A stretch of DNA of 32,000 bases from Demequinaceae bacterium (GTDB lineage Bacteria; Actinomycetota; Actinomycetes; Actinomycetales; Demequinaceae), in assembly GCA_965250005.1 (NCBI GenBank), contig OZ252279.1, positions 1,020,001 through 1,052,000 of the forward strand, in the 5' to 3' direction. This document shows, in pieces, positions 23,066 through 30,955 of this stretch (positions within the stretch are counted from its first letter, which is position 1; every line of letters starts with the position of its first letter). Both the position numbers and the translations under genes were made by a program. A model generated the notes under the pieces. That model was not told the origin of the DNA, made no database searches, and saw only the letters and a program-made list of their open reading frames with translations.

Positions 23066-24214
23066 TCAAGCGCACGTGGGGAGCCGGTCCGTGCGCCCTT
23101 CGCCAATAGCGATAAGTGCGTCGTACGCGTCTCCCAAGCCCTCCACCGACACAACGGCAAGCCCATCGGGAATGTTGCCGACAACTTGGGCGCAGTTCTC
23201 GGCGGGGGCGAGGAACCACTCAGCGCCGTCTCGAGCGGCCCCAGCGAGCTTGATTTCAATCCCACCGATGGGGCCAACATCGCCGTCGAGGTCGATCGTG
23301 CCGGTGCCGGCGACGCTTGCGCCGCCGAGTTCGTCGAGTGGAGTAAGGGTGTCCATGATCGCGAGCGCGAACATGAGCCCCGCGCTGGGCCCGCCCACAT
23401 CGTCGATCGCAACGTCTACGTCCACGGGGATATCGAAATCGGGCCTGATCCAGATACCCATGAGTGCGCCGCCGTCGCCGTCATCGATCGTCGCGAACGA
23501 AACCGTGGTTTCACTGCCCGCGCGATCAACCATCACGTCGATAGAGTCACCGCCGCCCACGTCTCCAAGAATCCTCGAGATATCCGCATACGAGACGATG
23601 CGCTGACCTTCGATACCCACAATCGTATCGCCAACGGCGAGAGCACCGTGCGCGTGAGAGATCTCCATGATCTCGACCACATTGAGCATCACCGGCACCT
23701 CAATTCCCAACTCCTCGAGCGCAGACACTGCTGCGCGTTGCTGCGACGTCACCCATTCGTCCGCGGCCTGGGTTTCTTCACCACTGGGCGTAGGAGCGAG
23801 GAGCGACTCCGGGAAGATGTGTTCCGTCGACGAGAACCAGCCCCGAATGACGGGCCCCAGGGTCATGCGAGCGGTGGACCCGCGCTTTTGCGAGACTGTC
23901 GTGATGCGCAATTCGCCCGTCGACTCGTACGTCTGAGCGCCAGCAATCGTGAGGAGGGGTCCGGTGTCCGCGTCAAGGATGTCGAATGTGGGCCCAGGTT
24001 GGTTGATTGCGTACGGCATGGGCAGAATTGTCATCACCGAGGCAAGCAGGGCTGCGGCCATTCCGCTAAGCGCCATGACCACGACGCGCGGCGATGACGC
24101 GCGCGGGCGCGCGTACGGCTCCCCGTTGACGGTCGGGTGCTCGAATGCAGACGCCGTCTGTGGCGGATTCTCCCAATTCACCGTCCCATCATCGCTGATG
24201 GCGAACTTCGGCAC
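23066..24214 (-). CDS. Membrane-anchored PDZ domain / Lon-like S16 serine protease
   Basis: The track ORF extends to 24391, which would overlap the divergent gene. Candidate starts are GTG 24214 and GTG 24181; the start is uncertain. TM anchor VVVMALSGMAAALLASVMTIL, a PDZ-like middle region (GDTIVGIEGQRI), and Lon C-terminal catalytic motifs DVGGPSAGLMFALAI and GGIEIKLAGA. Confidence 0.85.
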   Translation of the reverse strand: MPKFAISDDGTVNWENPPQTASAFEHPTVNGEPYARPRASSPRVVVMALSGMAAALLASVMTILPMPYAINQPGPTFDILDADTGPLLTIAGAQTYESTGELRITTVSQKRGSTARMTLGPVIRGWFSSTEHIFPESLLAPTPSGEETQAADEWVTSQQRAAVSALEELGIEVPVMLNVVEIMEISHAHGALAVGDTIVGIEGQRIVSYADISRILGDVGGGDSIDVMVDRAGSETTVSFATIDDGDGGALMGIWIRPDFDIPVDVDVAIDDVGGPSAGLMFALAIMDTLTPLDELGGASVAGTGTIDLDGDVGPIGGIEIKLAGAARDGAEWFLAPAENCAQVVGNIPDGLAVVSVEGLGDAYDALIAIGEGRTDRLPTCA

Positions 24215-24282
24215 CAACCCAGCGCGCGCCGCGTTACCGTGGAGTGGCGGTACGGGCCGCTCGACATTGCTGGGGAGGTACG

Positions 24283-25614
24283 GTGACTGACGAAGACTCG
24301 CAGTGGATGAAGTTGCTCCGCGAACTCTTCGGCGATCGTGCCGAAGAGGCGGTCGAAGAGATGCGCCGCATGGGCATGGACCCCAGTGCACTCGCCGACG
24401 CTGCCGGCGTGGGGGCCACGCCCGGAATGATGGACCACGTGCTCGCGCAACTGCGCTCCCTGATGGAACAGTCAGCAGGCGAGGACGTCAACTGGACCCT
24501 CGCCCACGACGTAGCGCGCGGCGTCGCCGCTCATGGCGGTGACCCAACGGTGAGCGCAGCGTCGGCCGCTGACCATCGCGAGGCGATCACACGCGCCGAA
24601 CTGTGGCTCGACGCCGCAACAGAAATGAGCCCGTCCACCCTGAGCCCACACGTATGGAGCCACGCCGAATGGGTGGAGGCGACTTTGCCCACGTGGCGCC
24701 AGCTATCTGGCCCAGTCGCGGTCTCTGTCTCTCAGGCGCTCGGCGGACTGCTCGCCTCCGAGGCGGACGACGAGAGCGGATTACTGAATCAAGTGAGCCC
24801 GACTGTGACAGGTATGCACGTGGGTCAGGCCGCGGGGGCACTCGCACGCGAGGCGTTTGGTGGAACGGATCTGGGCCTGCTATTGCTTCCGGAGCCGCGC
24901 GCCGTCTTGGTGCCCAGGTCAATTGCTCAGTTTTCCGATGGCCTCGACATTCCCGATGACGAAGTGCGCGCATTCCTTGCCTTGCGGGAGTGCGCTCACG
25001 TCAGGCTATTCCGGCACGCTCCGTGGCTAGCCGGCCAACTTGTCGCGTCTATCGAGCGTTACGCACACGGAGTTACCATCGACCCGCGCGCGCTGGACGA
25101 AGCGGTCCAACAGGCCGGAATGGGCGACCCAGCGCGTCTCCAGCAGGCGCTCAGCCGTGGGATTTTCGCCAGCGGCCATACTGAGGAACAAGACACCATC
25201 CTCGCCAGCATCGAGACGCTGTTGGCCCTCATCGAGGGCTGGGTCGAGAACGTCACTACTGTCGCGGCCGCACCGCACCTGCCCCAGTTGCCAGCGCTGA
25301 TCGAACTGATGCGCAGGCGCCGGGCCGCGGGCGGGCCCGCCGAACACACGTTTGCGACGCTGATGGGGCTCGAGTTGAGGCCACGTCGCCTGCGCGATGC
25401 GGCAGAGATGTGGGGCGCCCTCGCGGCTAGTTCCGGTCCCGACGGCCGCGATGCAGTGTGGTCCCACCCGGATCTCCTGCCCAACGCAAACGACCTCGCG
25501 AATTGGCGCACCTGGGTCCAAAATCGGTCCACCGGTGCAGACGCCGTCGACGTGGAACTGCGGCGTTTACTAGACGCAGATCAGGGCGAAACGGGCCCGC
25601 ACACTGCGTCCTAG
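24283..25614 (+). CDS. Zincin-like (DUF2342 / Zincin_2) protein with a degenerate metal motif
   Basis: I prefer GTG 24283, preceded by GGGGAGG (24272-24278); the track start is 24244. The product is about 443 aa. The overall pattern (N-terminal helical region, central LALRECAHVRLFRHAPWL, C-terminal WSHPDLLP) fits the Rv3195-type family. Confidence 0.8.
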   Translation: MTDEDSQWMKLLRELFGDRAEEAVEEMRRMGMDPSALADAAGVGATPGMMDHVLAQLRSLMEQSAGEDVNWTLAHDVARGVAAHGGDPTVSAASAADHREAITRAELWLDAATEMSPSTLSPHVWSHAEWVEATLPTWRQLSGPVAVSVSQALGGLLASEADDESGLLNQVSPTVTGMHVGQAAGALAREAFGGTDLGLLLLPEPRAVLVPRSIAQFSDGLDIPDDEVRAFLALRECAHVRLFRHAPWLAGQLVASIERYAHGVTIDPRALDEAVQQAGMGDPARLQQALSRGIFASGHTEEQDTILASIETLLALIEGWVENVTTVAAAPHLPQLPALIELMRRRRAAGGPAEHTFATLMGLELRPRRLRDAAEMWGALAASSGPDGRDAVWSHPDLLPNANDLANWRTWVQNRSTGADAVDVELRRLLDADQGETGPHTAS

Positions 25615-25700
25615 TGCGTTGCGACACGTACGGCCCTGCCTCAGCCCATTTGTCGGCCTCTCGCCCTACCCTGGTGTTCATAGGTCCACGGGCCTGTGGA

Positions 25701-25720
25701 ACGGGGCACATCTGCCCCGT
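25701..25720 (+). other. Perfect 8-bp hairpin ACGGGGCA-catc-TGCCCCGT
   Basis: It lies 86 nt after the zincin-like gene stop codon and 21 nt before the zinc-ribbon gene ATG. It could be a terminator or a 5'-UTR structure, and the sequence alone does not distinguish these. Confidence 0.35.
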
Positions 25721-25741
25721 CGAACTAGATGGGAGAAGCTC

Positions 25742-25900
25742 ATGGGCGACAAGTACCAGGGCGATTTCTACTGCGTAAAGTGCAAAGAAAGCCGCACCAC
25801 GGAAGGTGACATCGTCGAGGCCAACGGCCGTCGCATGGCGAAGGGCGTTTGCCCCGTCTGCGGCACCAAGCTCAACCGCATGCTTGCGAAGGCGAAGTAG
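25742..25900 (+). CDS. Small zinc-ribbon protein (DUF5679-like), 52 aa
   Basis: The ATG at 25742 follows GGGAGAA (25731-25737). Product: MGDKYQGDFYCVKCKESRTTEGDIVEANGRRMAKGVCPVCGTKLNRMLAKAK, with CxxC-N20-CxxC. The longer track ORF (25619) is an upstream extension. Confidence 0.75.
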   Translation: MGDKYQGDFYCVKCKESRTTEGDIVEANGRRMAKGVCPVCGTKLNRMLAKAK

Positions 25901-25919
25901 CCTCCAGATAGTAAACGTC

Positions 25920-25955
25920 AAGAGGCGGGCGGCCCTTACGGGCGGCCCGCCTCTT
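25920..25955 (+). terminator. GC-rich hairpin after the zinc-ribbon gene
   Basis: AAGAGGCGGGCGGCCC-ttac-GGGCGGCCCGCCTCTT forms a 15-bp stem with one G:G mismatch (25931:25944). There is no U-tract. Confidence 0.6.
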
Positions 25956-26039
25956 GCTCTGCCCGCCAAATCAATTCGCGGCCGCAGTACAGCCTGTGGA
26001 TATCTCCCACGCAGGCGTTCTCGCTGACACCCTGGTGCC

Positions 26040-26978
26040 ATGCGACTGCGCCCCGGAGTACCCGTGCTGATACGCGAGCCCGGTCATATGCAGGTCGGAA
26101 TCGCTCGCCCGTTGGGCCTCGCAAACCTCAGCGCTGAGGAGCAGCGATTTGTCACGTCGCTCGAGCAGCGGGTGACGGAAACCACGAGCCGCGAGAACGC
26201 TACGTTCGCGCATCTCCTCGAGTTGATCAAAGCTCACGGCTTCGCCGCACCACGGGATTCGCGCGGGCCGCTTCCCGGATCGCTGGTTCGGATACGCGGA
26301 GTAGACTCCGTGACCAGCGTCGCGGCGCTCGCCCTAGTAGCGGAGGGGCTAGGCGCGCTCGCCGCGAGCGATCGTCGCCCGGCAACGCCAGGAACGCGCG
26401 GCGCAGCGGCCGCGCTGTCGCGGGGTGCAGGACTCGCGCGCGCCGCGACCGACAAACAGCCACGCCTGAGGACGGCGAGCGAGCACGAACCGGCGACACT
26501 CGAGATCTTGTCGACGTCGGGCTCTCCCGCAGTTGAGGCCACCTTCGACCTCATGGCCCGTGACACGCCCCACCTGTTGATCGTGAGCGACGAGAAATCA
26601 ATACACGTGGGGCCGCTGGTGGTTCCCGGGTCTACCGCGTGCGCACGCTGCCTGGCGCTCACTCGCGCAGAAGCCGATCCCTGGTGGCCTCGGCTCGCGA
26701 TTCAGCTGAGCGACCAACGCCGCCAGCCTCAACTGCCGGCAGACGCTGCCGCGATCGCCGGCGGTATCGCCGCCCGAGTTGCGCTCGACTATCTCACGAT
26801 GGGGACGTCCGACGGGACGCGATGGGGCGTCTCGTCTCGACCGGCGCGTCCGCCGGTCCCACGAAGCTCCAGCGCGAGCAGCGGGGAAACGCTGTACTCG
26901 GCTGCGACGCGGCCTCACCCAGATTGCGGATGCGGCGCCACGGACGATCCTGCCGCCTTGCACGCTCCCGTGCCGTGA
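26040..26978 (+). CDS. E1/ThiF-like (cyclodehydratase-docking-like) protein with a degenerate nucleotide-binding loop
   Basis: 312 aa with an ATG start. The N-terminus MRLRPGVPVLIREPGHMQVGI, the central PHLLIVSDEKSIHVGPLVVPGSTACARCLALTR..DPWWPRL and the C-terminal HPDCGCG resemble the ThiF/TOMM-docking family. Where GxGxxG is expected, the sequence reads IRGVDSVTSVAALAL. Confidence 0.65.
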   Translation: MRLRPGVPVLIREPGHMQVGIARPLGLANLSAEEQRFVTSLEQRVTETTSRENATFAHLLELIKAHGFAAPRDSRGPLPGSLVRIRGVDSVTSVAALALVAEGLGALAASDRRPATPGTRGAAAALSRGAGLARAATDKQPRLRTASEHEPATLEILSTSGSPAVEATFDLMARDTPHLLIVSDEKSIHVGPLVVPGSTACARCLALTRAEADPWWPRLAIQLSDQRRQPQLPADAAAIAGGIAARVALDYLTMGTSDGTRWGVSSRPARPPVPRSSSASSGETLYSAATRPHPDCGCGATDDPAALHAPVP

Positions 26979-27048
26979 CACTCTGCGCTGCGCGGTCTCA
27001 GATGCTGCGCGGTTCCAGCACCAACGCGGTAGTCAGATCGCGCTCCCG

Positions 27049-29031
27049 TCAATGCTCGGCGACCAACTCCAGTATCTCCACGCCGTAGCGGTCAAGTTTG
27101 GAGGCACCAACCCCGCGGATGCTTGCGAGCGCACCTAACGTACCGGGACGCCGTTGGGCTATCTCTACCAGGCTGGCGTCCACCAGGACCGTGAACGCGG
27201 GCTTTGCGTCAGCCTGAGCGTGTGCGAGACGCCATTGCTTGAGCGATTCAAAGAGCCTCAGATCATGGGCATCGAGTGCCATCGCTGCAGCTGGCGCACG
27301 CTTCTTGGGCGCCGACCTAGCATCCGGCCACCACCTCTCGAGGAACCGCGTGCGTTTTCGCGCGGCCCGCCCACCTTCGGTGCGGGCGCGAGCAAACGAG
27401 AGCGTCAGATATTCACGAGCGCGGGTAATACCAACGTACAACAGCCGCTTTTCTTCCGCGACGGCCCGCTCAGTTTCCGCAAGCGAGATGGGCATCAACC
27501 CCTCACTCATTCCAACGATGAACACCGCATCCCACTCGAGCCCCTTTGCGGCGTGCAGCGTTGTCAGGGTGACGCCGTCAACGGTAGGCGCGTGTTGCGC
27601 TGATGCCCGCTCGGCGAGATCGTTCGTGAACTCTCGAAGGCTGCCTTCCCACTCGTCGGCGAGACCGACGAGCGCGTTAAGCGAATCCCAACGTTCGCGA
27701 ACCGCACCACGCGGCGCGGGAGGCTCTTCAGCCCACCCCGCGTCCAACAGGGCGTCCCGCACGGCTACCGGCACGTCCTCTTCCACTGCCGCGATCGCCG
27801 CCCCTCGCAGTAGCACCATTGCCTTCTTGACTTCCTCGCGGTCGAAGAACCGTTGACCGCCGCGGACCATATAGCCAATTCCGCGTTGGGACAGGGCGTC
27901 TTCGAGGTTCTCGGATTGGCCGTTGGTCCGGTACAAGATCGCCACTTCGCTAGCTGGAACTCCCGCACTAATCAGGGACTCGACGCGTTCGGCCACCCCG
28001 GCAGCCTCGGCCGACTCATCCGCATGCGCAACGTACGCGACCTCTGGGCCCGACGGTCGTTGCGCAACCAACTCAACCGCGTCCGCGCCACCCCGCCCCA
28101 TGAGTCCGTTCGCCAGATCTACCACCTGCGGAGTCGACCGATAGTCCCTAACCAACCGGACCACGGTCGCTTCCGGGTAGCGCCGTGGAAACCCAAGCAG
28201 GTGTTCGGGGGAGGCGCCCGCAAAAGAATAAATCGTTTGCGAAGGATCGCCCACCACGCAGAGCTCTTCGCGGCCGCCGAGCCACTGGTCCAATAGGTAC
28301 TGCTGCAGCGGCGAAACATCCTGGTATTCGTCCACTACAAAATGCTTGTACTGACGGCGGACGGTGTCACCAACTTCGTGGTGCCTGCCAATGATGTCTG
28401 CAAGCAGGAGCAGGATGTCCTCGAAGTCCAGCACTACCCTTTCCGTCTTCACCTCCTCGTACCCGCGCATAAGGTCTGCGATCACCGAGCGTTCAAAGCC
28501 CGCAGGCGCAGGCCGACCGGCGTCCGCAGTGACGCGCGCATAATCCTCGGCCGCGACCAGCGACACCTTGGCCCACTCGATCTCGGACGCGAGGTCGCGA
28601 ACCGCGATCCGGTCCACGCTGTGGCCCAAGCTCCGGGCGGCGGCCGCGACCAGTTGCGCCTTCTGTGGCGCAAGCACGGGCATTTGCCCGCCAATCACCT
28701 CCGGCCAAAAATAACTGAGTTGGCGCAGCGCGGCTGCGTGGAATGTCTTGGCCTGCACTCCCTCGACCCCGAGAATCCGCAACCGCTGTCGCATTTCGCC
28801 CGCCGCGCGGGCGGTGAACGTGACGGCGAGCACCGCCTGCGGGTTGTAGGCGTTGACCCTCACCCCGTACGCGATTCGGTGCGTCATGGCGCGCGTTTTG
28901 CCGGTGCCCGCGCCCGCGAGGACGCACACCGGACCGTGCAATGCCGTGGCGACCTCGCGCTGCTGGGGATCGAGCGCTTCTAAGATTATTTCCGCAGACA
29001 TGAGAGCGATTCTGTCAGGCGTTGCTGACAT
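27049..29031 (-). CDS. uvrD2: UvrD/Rep-family DNA helicase with a C-terminal HRDC domain (UvrD2-type)
   Basis: I prefer ATG 29031, preceded by GGAGGAGGAGGGAG; ATG 29001 is an alternative, and the track ORF runs to 29181. Motifs: LAGAGTGKT, DEYQDVSPLQ, VGDPSQTIYSFAGA, GITRARE. The C-terminal HRDC domain reads LFESLKQWR...LASIRGVGASKLDRYG. Confidence 0.9.
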   Translation of the reverse strand: MSATPDRIALMSAEIILEALDPQQREVATALHGPVCVLAGAGTGKTRAMTHRIAYGVRVNAYNPQAVLAVTFTARAAGEMRQRLRILGVEGVQAKTFHAAALRQLSYFWPEVIGGQMPVLAPQKAQLVAAAARSLGHSVDRIAVRDLASEIEWAKVSLVAAEDYARVTADAGRPAPAGFERSVIADLMRGYEEVKTERVVLDFEDILLLLADIIGRHHEVGDTVRRQYKHFVVDEYQDVSPLQQYLLDQWLGGREELCVVGDPSQTIYSFAGASPEHLLGFPRRYPEATVVRLVRDYRSTPQVVDLANGLMGRGGADAVELVAQRPSGPEVAYVAHADESAEAAGVAERVESLISAGVPASEVAILYRTNGQSENLEDALSQRGIGYMVRGGQRFFDREEVKKAMVLLRGAAIAAVEEDVPVAVRDALLDAGWAEEPPAPRGAVRERWDSLNALVGLADEWEGSLREFTNDLAERASAQHAPTVDGVTLTTLHAAKGLEWDAVFIVGMSEGLMPISLAETERAVAEEKRLLYVGITRAREYLTLSFARARTEGGRAARKRTRFLERWWPDARSAPKKRAPAAAMALDAHDLRLFESLKQWRLAHAQADAKPAFTVLVDASLVEIAQRRPGTLGALASIRGVGASKLDRYGVEILELVAEH

Positions 29032-30004
29032 CTCCCTCCTCCTCCACCGGACCTCCGAACCAGTCGTGGACCAGCTTGCGCGCGATTGAACCTGGGGGCG
29101 CCAGCACGATGGTGCCATCAGCGACCTGCGCGGTAAGTTCCTCACGCGTGAACCACTTCGCGTCAACAACCTCTTCGCCATCGACAGTGAATTCCGTCGC
29201 CTTGGCGCGCGCGGTGAATGCGACCATGATCGAAGCGGGAAACGGCCAGGGCTGCGAGCCTACGTAGGCGAGGTCCTCCACCTCGAGCCTCGACTCCTCA
29301 AAGATTTCTCGATGCGCAGCCTGCTCGAGCGACTCTCCAGGCTCCACGTAGCCCGCGAGGTGCGTGTATCGACGCGATGAGTGGTATGACACGTGCGACA
29401 ACAGCAGCCTATCGTCCGCATCCGTAATTGAGACGATTACCGCCGGGTCCGTCCGCGGGTAGTGGTCTCGACCATCGTCCGGGCATTTGCGCAACCACCC
29501 TGCCTCGCAAACCTCCGTGGGCACGCCGCACAGCGAGCACATCGGATTTCGCTCATGCCACACGGCCATCGCCACAGCCGTCGCTGCCAGCTCGCGTTCA
29601 ACGGCGAGGTCGCCTCGGGCACCCAAATCATCTAGCGCTTGCCAGAGCGGAACCAGGTTTGGCGCACCGCCCTCGGTTGAGCGCTTGTTGAGGCCATGCC
29701 CGCGCCGCGGCACCACCGCCACGACGTCTCGGCCCTGGTGCCGGCCAAGGTAGACCTCGAGTTCTGCGTCCGGCCGATCAGCGGGTTCGAGCAGCGCGAC
29801 GTGCTCGCCGCGCATGAGCACGCTACCGTCGCTGACGATCACGGCGTGTGCCTGTGCCAGGTCGGCCGTCTTGCGTCGTTCGGCGGCTCGATCGACTTTC
29901 AGCGGCTGATCGAGGGTCCATGGCGCGTCCACTCTCACACCGTACGGCACTGCCGTTACGGCGGAGCGTGGCGGAAACACCCCTTTTGCCTCTACCGTGA
30001 GCAC
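29015..30004 (-). CDS. nudC: NADH pyrophosphatase (Nudix, zinc-ribbon type)
   Basis: Zinc ribbon CSLCGVPTEVCEAGWLRKC. Nudix box GYVEPGESLEQAAHREIFEESRLEV. SQPWPFPASIMVAF. The start is uncertain: GTG 30004 is the longest option, with in-frame GTGs at 29980, 29950 and 29938. Confidence 0.85.
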   Translation of the reverse strand: MLTVEAKGVFPPRSAVTAVPYGVRVDAPWTLDQPLKVDRAAERRKTADLAQAHAVIVSDGSVLMRGEHVALLEPADRPDAELEVYLGRHQGRDVVAVVPRRGHGLNKRSTEGGAPNLVPLWQALDDLGARGDLAVERELAATAVAMAVWHERNPMCSLCGVPTEVCEAGWLRKCPDDGRDHYPRTDPAVIVSITDADDRLLLSHVSYHSSRRYTHLAGYVEPGESLEQAAHREIFEESRLEVEDLAYVGSQPWPFPASIMVAFTARAKATEFTVDGEEVVDAKWFTREELTAQVADGTIVLAPPGSIARKLVHDWFGGPVEEEGDVSNA

Positions 30005-30931
30005 GTGCCCTATTCTCCGCTCGCCCTAGCCGCGCTCGCGTCGGTCGCCGTCCCGGGCCTCGACGTGTACGACGTGCTGCGCAGTACGCCCGCCGACGCA
30101 GACTACGACGTTGTCGTAGTGGTCGACGCAACGGGAACTCGATGGACCGTTCGCGCGCCACGGAGCCCCGCAGCGGGCGCCGCACTGGAGGCGGAACTAT
30201 CTCTGCTTCACGCCCTCGCGGCTGCGAGCGACACTGGTTCTCTGAGCTTCGCCGTCCCTCGGCCGGCGGGGACTGCGCCAACCGAGGATGGTGCTAAGGC
30301 GATTGTCTACGAACAAATCCGTGGCTCGCGGCTCAATCTTGCTGCGCTCGAGCCTGGCCCCGGGCTAGCCGCGTCGCTCGGTCGCTCAATCGCGCAAATC
30401 CACGAACTGCCGGCCACCGTCATTGAAGACCAGGGCCTGCCGGTTTACACGGCGGATGCGTACCGCGAGCGGCGACTCGCGGAGCTCGACGCCGCGACCC
30501 AGACGGGGAGAATTCCGCCTTCGCTCGCGGAGCGATGGGAGAGTCAACTCGAGGATGTCTCGTGGTGGCGCTACGAGCCGACCGTGGTTCACGCGAACTT
30601 CAGCGAGCACCGCGTCATCGTGTCAGACGGGATTGTCGCTGGCGTACTGTCGTGGATGGATGCACGGGTCGCCGACCCGGCGGACGATTTGGCGTGGCTC
30701 GTCGCCGCCGCCCCTGACGATGTGCTCGATTCGATCGTAGAGGCCTACCATGGCGCGCGCCGTGAGCTGAGAGACCCTCACTTGCTTGACCGCGCGAGAC
30801 TAGCGAGTGAGCTCGCGCTCGCGCGGTGGCTGCTCCACGGCGTGCGTACGGAAAGTGCGGATGTGGTGGATGACGCAATCGGCATGCTGGCCGACCTCGA
30901 GGAACTTCTGGCGGACCAAGGCCAGCCGTAG
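30005..30931 (+). CDS. APH/choline-kinase-fold phosphotransferase-like protein, apparently catalytically inactive
   Basis: I prefer GTG 30005 (VPYSPLALAALASVAVPGLDVYDVL), because the track ORF upstream of it overlaps nudC in antisense. The APH-like layout includes VVVVDATGTRWTVRAPR, E..LL..LA and the trailing DPADDLAWL. The catalytic loop reads HANFSEHR and the metal-binding position reads LSW. Confidence 0.8.
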   Translation: MPYSPLALAALASVAVPGLDVYDVLRSTPADADYDVVVVVDATGTRWTVRAPRSPAAGAALEAELSLLHALAAASDTGSLSFAVPRPAGTAPTEDGAKAIVYEQIRGSRLNLAALEPGPGLAASLGRSIAQIHELPATVIEDQGLPVYTADAYRERRLAELDAATQTGRIPPSLAERWESQLEDVSWWRYEPTVVHANFSEHRVIVSDGIVAGVLSWMDARVADPADDLAWLVAAAPDDVLDSIVEAYHGARRELRDPHLLDRARLASELALARWLLHGVRTESADVVDDAIGMLADLEELLADQGQP

Positions 30932-30955
30932 GACTTCAGTTCGACGCACTCGGTT

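Noticed and set aside
21071-24097. Plus-strand ORFs 21071..21952 (293 aa) and 23030..24097 (355 aa)
   Set aside because: They are antisense to the UPF0182 gene and the PDZ/Lon gene respectively. They are Arg/His/Asp-rich with no domain signatures.
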